A stretch of DNA of 43,506 nt, from positions 1 through 43,506 of the IMG/VR virus record IMGVR_UViG_3300029818_000079. The stretch is one strand, 5' to 3'. Every line of letters starts with the position of its first letter. Within the stretch, counting starts at the first letter, position 1. The position numbers and the translations under genes are program-made. The notes below the pieces were generated by a model. The model searched no databases. It saw only the letters and a list, made by a program, of their open reading frames with translations, and had not been told where the DNA came from. This document shows, piece after piece, positions 8,886-16,738 of the stretch. Source of the DNA: a virus. Its lineage: Duplodnaviria > Caudoviricetes.

Positions 8886-9396
8886 CCATTCGCCTCCAGC
8901 CGGCGTCATAGAGATAGGCGCAAAAACTTCCAGGTCCTGCTGAATCCTTCCACAGATAAAGCATCTCCTGAATTGCTTCATCCCGCTCTTCCGCCGCGAC
9001 CTGCTCAGGCGTGCGGATTGGCCTAAATTCAACGTCCGACCATTCAGCGCCGAATTCACTCGTATGGCCCTGCCATCGCCAAACCAATGCGCTTTTGCTC
9101 GAATACATTATCTCGGCCTTTCCCCAGCCATCGAATATCGCATCAGGGTCGCGCACCGTGCGCAGCTGACACACCGTCCCCGCCGGAGGAAGTCCTTCGC
9201 CTGACCATGCTTCCGGCTCTGGCCGCTCGATGTAGCGGCTGTCCATGCAGCCGAAACCCATTTCCCATTCGTCGCCTTTCAGAAACTGATAGCTGCCGTT
9301 GCCTAAATGCTTGATCCAGTGGCAGGCAAATTGGTTGTAATGGGTCGCATCCGTTGGCGCCTTTGACCAGTCGATATCTTTCATCTGATTGCTCAT
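8875..9396 (-). CDS. Conserved phage hypothetical protein
   Basis: IDWSKAP.DATHY, W.GEGLPP.G, FRPIRTPEQ..AEER motifs. Confidence 0.75.
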   Translation of the reverse strand: MSNQMKDIDWSKAPTDATHYNQFACHWIKHLGNGSYQFLKGDEWEMGFGCMDSRYIERPEPEAWSGEGLPPAGTVCQLRTVRDPDAIFDGWGKAEIMYSSKSALVWRWQGHTSEFGAEWSDVEFRPIRTPEQVAAEERDEAIQEMLYLWKDSAGPGSFCAYLYDAGWRRMDER

Positions 9397-9524
9397 AGCG
9401 GCGCCCCGTTGGTGATTCGATCTGCAAGGCCGTGAGCGAGAGCCCAGCCGGTGAGTAGTGCAAGGGTCACTGCGAAGCCCCGCCACCATGCGTAGCGCAG
9501 GGATCGTTGTCTTTGGCTAGCCAT
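9393..9524 (-). CDS. Small single-TM protein (43 aa)
   Basis: MASQRQRSLRYAWWRGFAVTLALLTGWALAHG..; coupled at both ends. Confidence 0.6.
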   Translation of the reverse strand: MASQRQRSLRYAWWRGFAVTLALLTGWALAHGLADRITNGAPL

Positions 9525-9844
9525 CACAGATGCCTCCCTTCGCCGCCACACCGGTGACAGCTAGACGTGCTTCCGTGGTACGGGCCCTGAAAGTGAATGT
9601 TCCCGGTTCCCTTGCACTCTCCGCATGTGACCTTGCTTCGCTCCTTGGCAAGCTCAGCGCGCAGCTTTTCGGCCTCGCTGATTCCAGGATCTGCTGGCTG
9701 GTAGAAGGCCATCCCGATACTTTCGGTCCAGCAGGCAACATCGTTCGCAATCGCCTTGATTTGCTCAGGCGTTGCTGTCACGCCGTGCTCTTCGAAGGCT
9801 TCAGCCAGGCCTTCTGCGTAGTAGTCGGCTTTTGAGTAGCCCAT
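9524..9844 (-). CDS. Hypothetical protein with DnaJ-type CxxCxGxG zinc finger
   Basis: CGECKGTG..CHRCGGEG. Confidence 0.7.
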   Translation of the reverse strand: MGYSKADYYAEGLAEAFEEHGVTATPEQIKAIANDVACWTESIGMAFYQPADPGISEAEKLRAELAKERSKVTCGECKGTGNIHFQGPYHGSTSSCHRCGGEGRHL

Positions 9845-9945
9845 CACACACCCCCTATCAGGGCAACGTGGCACAGCGCCCCGATGAACAGGGCTGCGAT
9901 GACGATGCCGACAGCGCCGGCCAGCTCCTTGAGTTGGATGGTCAT
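9844..9945 (-). CDS. Small hydrophobic peptide (33 aa)
   Basis: MTIQLKELAGAVGIVIAALFIGALCHVALIGGV; AGGAG RBS; coupled at both ends. Confidence 0.55.
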   Translation of the reverse strand: MTIQLKELAGAVGIVIAALFIGALCHVALIGGV

Positions 9946-10190
9946 GGCTGGGCTCCTTGCAGGGCGGCGTCGATCTTCTTGATCGTGGTGTGCGTGGCGA
10001 TGTCTTCGTCCGTCTCGAACCAATCAGGCGCGCTTGCCTTGAGTGCGGTGGCGATCACTTGGCGGGCATCCCGAAGCACTGACCTCATCGAATCCCGCTC
10101 AGCGAGAAGGGCGTCGTAGTCACGCGCTTCAACCACTTCCACGAAGCCACCCTCAAGGCTGGCTATGAAACGCTTCACTTCCTTGCTCAT
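9942..10190 (-). CDS. Hypothetical protein
   Basis: MSKEVKRF..IDAALQGAQP; GGAGG RBS. Confidence 0.7.
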   Translation of the reverse strand: MSKEVKRFIASLEGGFVEVVEARDYDALLAERDSMRSVLRDARQVIATALKASAPDWFETDEDIATHTTIKKIDAALQGAQP

Positions 10191-10546
10191 GCCGCCTCCT
10201 GCTTGATCTGCTCTGCCTTGCTGCGCAACTGCGCCGCGTGGTGTTCGATGAATGCCGCTTGCTGCTTGTCGATGGCTAGGGCCTGCGTGCTCAGGTATTC
10301 GGCCAGATCTGGGTTGAACTGCCCGATCAGGTTCCGGTGGCTCTCCCACCGCTGATGCCCGACCAGTCCAGGCACGAGCGCGGCGACCAGCTCAATCGGC
10401 AGGTCCAGCTTGTCGGAGGCGAATGCGGCGTAGGCGGCAATCGTGTCGGCGTCGTATGCGTCGAGGGCTTCGTGCACACGCTCTGCCTCGGAAACGCTGT
10501 CATCCGGGCACGGGCATTCCCGAACCCCTGGTTCGTGTCTGTACAT
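10187..10546 (-). CDS. Hypothetical protein
   Basis: GAGG RBS; coupled stop. Confidence 0.7.
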   Translation of the reverse strand: MYRHEPGVRECPCPDDSVSEAERVHEALDAYDADTIAAYAAFASDKLDLPIELVAALVPGLVGHQRWESHRNLIGQFNPDLAEYLSTQALAIDKQQAAFIEHHAAQLRSKAEQIKQEAA

Positions 10547-10752
10547 GGTGGATACCTCGGTTGCCCGGATGGGCGATGGAAGGGGTGATGCAGTGGCCGG
10601 GCATCACTCCGGCGCGCCTTAACATTGCGGTGGCTCCGCAAGAGGGCTCCCGACCTTTCGGCCCGCAAGGAACTCCCTCTGACGACTTTCTTCCCCGGTG
10701 CGCCTAGCTCCGGCATTTCTGCTGTTTGCGTGTCTATGGCTGCCACGCCGCA

Positions 10753-10842
10753 CTGCATCGGAGGTCGGCCTGGACGCGGACCTTGCACCGCGATCTGGGA
10801 ACTTGCCGGCCGGGCTATCAAGCAAGCCGACCTCCGATGCAG
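10753..10842. repeat. 17-bp perfect inverted repeat
   Basis: CTGCATCGGAGGTCGGC (10753-10769) / GCCGACCTCCGATGCAG (10826-10842). Confidence 0.9.
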
Positions 10843-11051
10843 GCTCGTTACGTGAGCCATTCGGCCGTCTCAACGGGGTGTAGTGGAGTCCCGCCAACGG
10901 CTGCCGGTGTTTTTCAGCAATCGGGGCACTTGCCGGCTTATCCCCGTCGCGGATATCCCGAAGGTCCGCCGCGCGCGGATGTGATTCATGGCGCTACCAG
11001 CACCGGGCGCCCTCGGTTATTACAGGCCCGTTAGGGTCTGGCCTGGCTGGC

Positions 11052-11135
11052 TCAGGGTTTATGGCGCCACCACTCCCACCCCCACAGCGCAGCTAGTACG
11101 CAGATGAGGAGGAGGGTTTGGGGTAGGGTTAGCAT
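11052..11135 (-). CDS. Small hydrophobic peptide (27 aa)
   Basis: MLTLPQTLLLICVLAALWGWEWWRHKP; start overlaps upstream gene end. Confidence 0.4.
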   Translation of the reverse strand: MLTLPQTLLLICVLAALWGWEWWRHKP

Positions 11136-11344
11136 GGCGTGCTCGGCGGCGCCGGGAGGGGCATCCAGTGGGTGACCTCTAGGATCATGTCGCCGTTCAT
11201 GTCGTACCACTCGGCGTCTTCGTAGCTGTAGAAGGCCGCAAGCATGTTTCTGGCTTCGTTGAACGCCAGGACATCAGCCGTGCAGTCGTTGTCCTCTTCG
11301 CGTATCGGCGGCACGCGCTCTTCAACGCTTATCCATTCGCTCAT
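11129..11344 (-). CDS. DUF551-family protein
   Basis: MSEWISVEER.P..VTHWMPLPAPP. Confidence 0.85.
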   Translation of the reverse strand: MSEWISVEERVPPIREEDNDCTADVLAFNEARNMLAAFYSYEDAEWYDMNGDMILEVTHWMPLPAPPSTPC

Positions 11345-11382
11345 CTCATCCTCCTATGTGCTGATGGGTGACAGTGGGGCGG

Positions 11383-11556
11383 TTAGGCCAGATAAATCTC
11401 TGCTGATCTGATTTCTGCGGAGGTCCAACCTTTGCCGCGCAGGAAGTGGTAAAAGAAGTCACGGGCCTGCGACTCGTGCCGCGCGTACACCTCATAGGTG
11501 CACTCATGACTGACTGCGCCGCGATCCATCTTTGCTGTCAGGACAAACAAAGCCAT
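11383..11556 (-). CDS. Hypothetical protein (57 aa)
   Basis: MALFVLTAKMDRGAVSHECTYEVYARHE..EIYLA; GGAG RBS. Confidence 0.6.
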   Translation of the reverse strand: MALFVLTAKMDRGAVSHECTYEVYARHESQARDFFYHFLRGKGWTSAEIRSAEIYLA

Positions 11557-11613
11557 TTCCATATCTCCATTCGGTTATGCCGCCGCCCACTCCTGCGAAT
11601 GGGCGGGGAGGGG

Positions 11614-11871
11614 TTAGGCCGGCAGCTTTCCGCCAGCCTGCAGCAGCTCTGCGCACTGCCGCGCAAATGGCCGCGGGTTCATGTGCACCTTCAGAGTCAT
11701 CGCCCGTTGCGCCTTCATGAAGTCAGCCAGGGCGATTTCCATCATCGCCATAGGGTCTTCATCCATCGCCGCCATAGCCTCTTCAGCACCGCCGAACCAC
11801 TTGGCCAGTCGGTGGGCGCAGGCCTCTGCGGCTGCGTTTACTGTTTGCTCGCTTACGCCAAAATCAGTCAT
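11614..11871 (-). CDS. Hypothetical protein, first clear gene of the PL operon
   Basis: MTDFGVSEQ with GGAG RBS. Confidence 0.7.
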   Translation of the reverse strand: MTDFGVSEQTVNAAAEACAHRLAKWFGGAEEAMAAMDEDPMAMMEIALADFMKAQRAMTLKVHMNPRPFARQCAELLQAGGKLPA

Positions 11872-12117
11872 TTCCGTTCTCCGGTTGTCTTCCCGCTGCG
11901 CCCTCGTCAGAAGGCGCAGATGGAATGCTCCGTCTCCGTTGCGCGCTATGCCGAGTCGTCTCAGGCCCTGGTCAGCTACTGGCGTCTTCCAGGGAGGCGA
12001 TGGCGCAACTTCGCGTGGCTGCATGTGGAGCCACGGCCAGTTCCAGAGCTGGCATGGGGCGGGGAATTTTTTGATCGCGCTGTATGCCGAAGCAGACCCC
12101 GCCGCGATGTTCCCAAG

Positions 12118-12128
12118 TTGTTAAAGAG
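12118..12128 (-). promoter_or_regulatory. boxA-like antitermination element (nutL candidate)
   Basis: CTCTTTAACAA shortly downstream of PL. Confidence 0.7.
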
Positions 12129-12188
12129 TTTCCGGGATTCACCCGAGGCCCCGTGAGGCCCTGAAGCGTGTCTCGCTTCGATGGGTGA

Positions 12189-12230
12189 ACATTAACCGCC
12201 GGTAGATTGCATGTCAACACCGCCGGTTAA
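12189..12230 (-). promoter_or_regulatory. PL promoter with OL operators
   Basis: TTGACA (12217-12212)-17 bp-TAATGT (12194-12189); ACCGCCGGT cores at 12195 and 12219. Confidence 0.85.
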
Positions 12231-12287
12231 TATTTTTTCGATAGGCGAACGAAACCCGCCCCGAGGCTCCGCCGAGGCCCTGTTGAG

Positions 12288-12330
12288 GGAATCAGGAATC
12301 AGGAATCAGGAATCAGGAATCAGGAATCAG
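12288..12330. repeat. Heptanucleotide tandem repeat (GGAATCA)x6
   Basis: Six perfect units read directly. Confidence 0.97.
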
Positions 12331-12409
12331 CCGGGCTCGACATGTCCAAGGACATGCCTAGGCCCGTACATTGGCTGGAGGGTGCGGAATAGAAGGGTTT
12401 ACGGCTATG

Positions 12410-13198
12410 TCAGCCGAGCGCGCCGCCGCGCCAGATCACTCTGCCCATGATTGGCACCTCATCCATTGAGGCGGCAGAAACCTCCTCGTCTGGATAGCGC
12501 GCCTTGTCCGGGTTGTCGCTGCGAATCAGCCAGCTCCCTGATATCTGCTGCGCCATGCGCTTGATGCTCAAGCTGCCGTCTGGTCGCCGGATCGCATATA
12601 CCTGGCGGTCACGAGGAGTCGTGTCTGCGCTATCGAACAGCACAACGTCGCCTTCGAAAATATAGGGCTCCATGCTGTTGCCGGTCGCGTAGATAACGAA
12701 CAGGTGCTGCGGCTTGGCGCCCATACGGCGAAGCCAGTCGCGCTTGAATGCCAGCCCGCCAGTGACTTCGACGTGATCATTCAGCGCGCCATCACCGCAG
12801 GCACCGCGTGCATCGTACTGCGGTATCAAGGCGTAATCGTTTTCGCTGGGCGAATGTCCAGGGCCTGGCGATCGCTCGCTGACCCCAAGGTCATGGGTGG
12901 CGCTATCGATCTGATAGCTGACCTTTGCAGCCTGCGCCATTGATGAGAGTTCGGCGGCAAGGCGCGGGCTGAACCGATCAACTGGCTCGTCGATCATGAC
13001 GCTCAGGACAGATGCAAACCTGGCGTTCAGCGGATTGGTGCCGTTCAGGTACATGGCGACGGCTGCCGGCGATATCTCTGCGGCATCGGCCAGCTTTGCC
13101 TGCGTTAACCCAAGAGGGCCTTTCTTCGACATGAAGAGAGCCTTGGCCGCTTCGCACTCGGCTCTCTGTTCTGGCGACAACTCTTTCTTTCTGCTCAT
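12410..13198 (-). CDS. cI: CI-like repressor (HTH + S24 peptidase)
   Basis: Lambda-like N-terminus, CG cleavage-site region (GACGDG), GNSMEP serine, IKR lysine. Confidence 0.93.
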   Translation of the reverse strand: MSRKKELSPEQRAECEAAKALFMSKKGPLGLTQAKLADAAEISPAAVAMYLNGTNPLNARFASVLSVMIDEPVDRFSPRLAAELSSMAQAAKVSYQIDSATHDLGVSERSPGPGHSPSENDYALIPQYDARGACGDGALNDHVEVTGGLAFKRDWLRRMGAKPQHLFVIYATGNSMEPYIFEGDVVLFDSADTTPRDRQVYAIRRPDGSLSIKRMAQQISGSWLIRSDNPDKARYPDEEVSAASMDEVPIMGRVIWRGGALG

Positions 13199-13204
13199 GC
13201 GCGC

Positions 13205-13274
13205 AATTTAAACCGTCCGTTAATTTTTCGCGCCAACCGGCGGTGTTGCAATCGTCCTAACCGGCGGTTAAGAT
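13205..13274. promoter_or_regulatory. OR region: PR, putative PRM and three operators
   Basis: PR TTGCAA (13246)-17-TAAGAT (13269); operators AACCGTCCGTT, AACCGGCGGTG, TAACCGGCGGTTA at 24-bp spacing. Confidence 0.85.
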
Positions 13275-13305
13275 TCGCTCAGGTCCACTAACTAGAGATG
13301 CCGGA

Positions 13306-13503
13306 ATGAAGAAAAAACCATTGCCAGACCTCGTTGCCGAGAAGGGTCAGGCAGCCGTAGCGAAGGCTTTGGGCGTCAGCCCGGCGGCCATCAGCAAGGC
13401 CCTGAATGCAGAGCGGGAGATCGTTGTGACCGTGAATCGCGATGGCTCCATGACGGCTCAAGAACTCAAGCCGTTTCCATCCCAAGCCAAGCGTGCGGCG
13501 TAA
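13306..13503 (+). CDS. cro: Cro repressor
   Basis: GQAAVAKALGVSPAAISKAL..ELKPFPS as in lambda Cro. Confidence 0.9.
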   Translation: MKKKPLPDLVAEKGQAAVAKALGVSPAAISKALNAEREIVVTVNRDGSMTAQELKPFPSQAKRAA

Positions 13504-13522
13504 CCAGAAAAGGAAATCGACC

Positions 13523-13717
13523 ATGTACCACGACCCCAAACATCTGCGTGACCACATCACGAAGGTTCGTCTCGACGAAGACACAGACGAGCTCCTTCAG
13601 TCGCTGGCGAAGTTCCATCGCACCCAGAAAGCCGTACTGGCTCGCGAGCTCCTGGAAGCCAGCCTGCGGGACATGCTTTCTCGCCTTGAGGATACCGAAA
13701 CCGAGCAGATGGCCTGA
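13523..13717 (+). CDS. Small putative ribbon-helix-helix regulator (cII slot)
   Basis: ITKVRLDEDTDELLQSLAK; AGGA RBS. Confidence 0.65.
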   Translation: MYHDPKHLRDHITKVRLDEDTDELLQSLAKFHRTQKAVLARELLEASLRDMLSRLEDTETEQMA

Positions 13718-13736
13718 AGGCCTCGAAGGGGGCCTC

Positions 13737-13946
13737 ATGGCTGATCAAGAAGTCGCTCTCGATGAGCGCTACCAGCGCGCATTGCATGAGCTAGCAAGGC
13801 AGGAAGGCAAGTCGCCAGAAGACCTGGGTGGCGAGCTGATCAGGGATCAACTTCGGAAGATCACTGAGCCGAAAGGCAACACCGGCAAGGTGCAGCCGTT
13901 TCGGAGGAGGGCAGGCCCTGAAAAGGGACCGAAAAACGGGCAATAA
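13737..13946 (+). CDS. Small putative DNA-binding protein
   Basis: MADQEVALDERYQRALHELARQEGKSPE. Confidence 0.6.
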   Translation: MADQEVALDERYQRALHELARQEGKSPEDLGGELIRDQLRKITEPKGNTGKVQPFRRRAGPEKGPKNGQ

Positions 13947-13974
13947 AAAACCCGGTGGATCAGACCGGGTTCTT
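13945..13974 (+). terminator. tR1-like hairpin, possibly bidirectional
   Basis: AAAAAACCCGGT-GGATCAG-ACCGGGTTCTT. Confidence 0.6.
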
Positions 13975-14002
13975 CAACAACGTGTTGCGAGGTAGAGAGA
14001 TC

Positions 14003-14728
14003 ATGACACATCAGATAATTCCTTTCAACTTCCAGGGCTCTGACGTTCGAGTAATCGATTCCGATGGCGAGCCCTGGTTTGTGGCGGTCGACGTCGCCGA
14101 GGCGCTTGGCTACTCAAAGCCGTTCAACGCTGTCTCGCGCCACTGCAAGGCTGCGACCACTACCCCGAAACAGGGTGGTGGCACGATGACCATCATTCCG
14201 GAGCGTGACGTCTACCGGCTTGTCATGCGTTCGAAGATGCAGGCGGCTGAGCGATTCGAGGAGTGGGTAGTCGGCGAGGTTCTTCCAAGCATCCGCAAGA
14301 CCGGAAGCTACCAGCACCAGGCTGTCTCACCCGCGAGCATTTCCCATCTTGAAACTGCGCGCATGCTGGTTGCCGCCCTTGAGATTCAAGAGCAACAGGC
14401 CGCCCAGCTGGCAATCGCCGCGCCGAAGGTTGAGTTCGTCGACCGCTACGTCGAGAACACCGGAACGATGACCTTCCGACAGGTCGCCAAGCTGCTCAAG
14501 GCCAATGAGCGCCACCTGCGTCAGCTGCTCATCAACGGCCATGTCATGTACCGCCTGAATGGCGTGATGACCCCGTACCAGAACCATATCGACGCCGGCC
14601 GCTTCGAGGTGAAGACCGGCACTTCCGAGCGCAATAACCACGCCTTTGCACAAGCCCGCTTCACCCCGAAGGGTGTCCAGTGGATTGCTGGCTTGTGGGC
14701 GTCGCACACCATGCAGGAGGCCGCATGA
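14003..14728 (+). CDS. Phage antirepressor (BRO-N + ANT/KilAC)
   Basis: GEPWFVAVDVA..FEEWVVGEVLPSIRKTGSY; APKVEFVD..FTPKGVQWI. Confidence 0.9.
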   Translation: MTHQIIPFNFQGSDVRVIDSDGEPWFVAVDVAEALGYSKPFNAVSRHCKAATTTPKQGGGTMTIIPERDVYRLVMRSKMQAAERFEEWVVGEVLPSIRKTGSYQHQAVSPASISHLETARMLVAALEIQEQQAAQLAIAAPKVEFVDRYVENTGTMTFRQVAKLLKANERHLRQLLINGHVMYRLNGVMTPYQNHIDAGRFEVKTGTSERNNHAFAQARFTPKGVQWIAGLWASHTMQEAA

Positions 14729-15444
14729 TGGCCAGATCGCGCAATATCAAGCCTGGGTTCTTCCAGAACGAAGACCTGCAGGAGCTCGACTTCGCCACTC
14801 GCCTGTTCTTCATCGGCCTCTGGACTGAAGCCGACAAGGAAGGTCGTCTCGAAGACCGCCCGAAGAAGCTGAAGAACGCACTCTTTCCGGCTGACGACGT
14901 GGAAGTCGAGCAGATGCTAGACGGGCTGGCTGCGTATGGCTTCATCAGCCGCTATGAGCGCGCTGGCAAGAAGATCATCCAGATCGTGAAGTGGGCCAAG
15001 CACCAGAACCCGCACCGCCGGGAAGCGCCGAGCACTCTGCCTGCTGAGACTGATGAAGTCGTGGAGGAAGAGCAGCAGGCCGAATCAGGGCCTCAAAAAG
15101 CTGACACCGAAGCGGCCTTCGAAACCTTCTGGAAGCTGTACCCGCGCAAGACCGCCAAGGACAACGCCCGCAAGGCCTTCGCGAAGATCAATCCCGATGC
15201 TGAGCTGCTGGCTCAGATCCTCGAGTCTCTGGCCAAGCACTGCACCTGCCAGAGCTGGCTGAAGGACGACGGGCAGTTCATCCCGCACGCAGCCACCTGG
15301 CTCAACGGCAAGCGCTGGAACGACGAAGTTAAGGCTGCGGCGAACGTCCACCACTTCCCGGGCGCCTCGCGTCACATCGGCTTGTCCGACCGCGACCCGA
15401 CGGCAGGCCTGACCCAGCGGGAGGATGGCAGCTATGCGATCTGA
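14725..15444 (+). CDS. Phage replication initiator
   Basis: MARSRNIKPGFF N-domain; FETFWKLYPRK..HAATWLNGKRW C-domain. Confidence 0.8.
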   Translation: MMARSRNIKPGFFQNEDLQELDFATRLFFIGLWTEADKEGRLEDRPKKLKNALFPADDVEVEQMLDGLAAYGFISRYERAGKKIIQIVKWAKHQNPHRREAPSTLPAETDEVVEEEQQAESGPQKADTEAAFETFWKLYPRKTAKDNARKAFAKINPDAELLAQILESLAKHCTCQSWLKDDGQFIPHAATWLNGKRWNDEVKAAANVHHFPGASRHIGLSDRDPTAGLTQREDGSYAI

Positions 15445-16243
15445 AGCTATCAACCTGTCCGTCGATCCGCTCGAGCGCCGCTTTGGCATCGTCTCGAAGG
15501 AACTGGCCGTCTGCGACCAGCACGGCGAGTACGCCGCGATCATCAGCAAGCACAAGGAGGGCCCGAGCGGCTGCCCAGTTTGCGCCGAGATCCGCCAGCG
15601 CGAGCAGGACGCCGAACGCCTTGAGCAGGAGCGCGCCAAGAACGCAGCCGATCGCCTGGCCAACAAGCTCGGCGCCGCGCTGATCCCGGCCCGATTCCGT
15701 GACCGCACCTTCGAGGGCTACATCGCCACCGAGCCGAAGCAGGTCAAGGCGCTGACCATCTGCCGCGACTACGCCGAGAACTTCGGCGAGCACTTCGAGG
15801 CCGGCCGCTGCCTGCTGCTGCTGGGCAACGTCGGCACGGGCAAGACGCACCTAGCCACGGCTATCGCCAACCACATCATGCGCGCGACGAACGCCACGGC
15901 CGTCTACCGCACCGTCGGCGGAATCCTGCAGCACATCAAGGGCAGCTATGACCGTGAGAGCGGCTACAGCGAGGGCGATGCATTCGCGGCTTACACAAAG
16001 CCGAGCCTGCTGATCATCGACGAAGTGGGCGCGACCAAGCCGACCGAGTTCGAGCTGGCCAGCCTGTTCAACATCATCAACGCCCGCTACGAGGAACAGC
16101 TGCCGACCGTAGTCATCTCCAACCTGCCGGCTGGAGAGCTGTCCGGCGCTCTGGGTGAGCGCTGCGTGGATCGCCTGCGCGAAGGCGGCGGTATCGCTGT
16201 CGGTTTCGACTGGAAGTCCGCGCGCGGGAGGGCCAGGGCATGA
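15434..16243 (+). CDS. DnaC/IstB-like ATPase (helicase loader)
   Basis: GNVGTGKT Walker A, LLIIDE Walker B, Zn motif. Confidence 0.9.
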   Translation: MRSEAINLSVDPLERRFGIVSKELAVCDQHGEYAAIISKHKEGPSGCPVCAEIRQREQDAERLEQERAKNAADRLANKLGAALIPARFRDRTFEGYIATEPKQVKALTICRDYAENFGEHFEAGRCLLLLGNVGTGKTHLATAIANHIMRATNATAVYRTVGGILQHIKGSYDRESGYSEGDAFAAYTKPSLLIIDEVGATKPTEFELASLFNIINARYEEQLPTVVISNLPAGELSGALGERCVDRLREGGGIAVGFDWKSARGRARA

Positions 16244-16416
16244 ACCGCTCCCGCTCAATGACCCTTCCCCAGCGAGTAATCGTCGACCAGCTCAAGGCCG
16301 ATGGCTTCACAGTGGATCAGGAAGAAAACACCGTCGTGCGCATGAAGCGCGGCAACGACTACCGACTTGTGCAGATGGATGGCGCGGTGAAGCGCGCTTT
16401 GGGGGCGAAGCGATGA
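16240..16416 (+). CDS. Hypothetical protein (58 aa)
   Basis: MNRSRSMTLPQRVIVDQLKADGF..ALGAKR; ATGA-coupled. Confidence 0.65.
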   Translation: MNRSRSMTLPQRVIVDQLKADGFTVDQEENTVVRMKRGNDYRLVQMDGAVKRALGAKR

Positions 16417-16487
16417 ACACACGCAATGACCATCGCGTCGTCTGTGCTGACGGAAGCACCCAGCGCGGCGTAGGAGCGAGCAAATGA
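16413..16487 (+). CDS. 24-aa mini-ORF resembling the C-terminus of the preceding gene
   Basis: ATGA-coupled on both sides. Confidence 0.4.
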   Translation: MNTRNDHRVVCADGSTQRGVGASK

Positions 16488-16738
16488 ATCAGCACGAACG
16501 AGACAGCAAAGAGCTACGCCGGCTGTGCGCAGAGCGTGATCGCCTGAAAGAAGCGCTGAAGGATGCGGACGCCGGGATGATGCTGTTCCTTGAGCAGCGC
16601 GACCAGATGCGCGAACTACTGATGCGTCTAGTCGACCTGCAAAACAGTGGGCGCGGCCCGATCCGCAGCTATGAGTTATGGAATGACGTTGTTAACGAGG
16701 CCCGTCCGCTGCTCGGCTTGGAGGTGCGCCATGTCTGA
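16484..16738 (+). CDS. Hypothetical coiled-coil protein
   Basis: AGGAG RBS. Confidence 0.7.
   Translation: MNQHERDSKELRRLCAERDRLKEALKDADAGMMLFLEQRDQMRELLMRLVDLQNSGRGPIRSYELWNDVVNEARPLLGLEVRHV

Noticed and set aside
10615-10700. Hammerhead- or twister-like ribozyme (CTGACGA at ~10679; CCTTAACATTGC)
   Set aside because: Remaining core elements and stems are not in the required positions
11383-11562. Apparent frameshift at TGACTGACTG (11507-16)
   Set aside because: Careful translation shows the frame is intact
12141-12284. Imperfect direct repeats CCGAGGC..GAGGCCCTG flanking PL
   Set aside because: Short, GC-rich and degenerate; cannot be distinguished from chance without homologs
12288-12330. 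CRISPR array or coding repeat (ESGIRNQ ORF 12211-12450)
   Set aside because: No spacers and no cas genes; the ORF overlaps the operator, runs antisense to cI and has no RBS
15000-15130. Replication origin iterons inside the initiator gene
   Set aside because: No repeated iterons or AT-rich tract visible by eye
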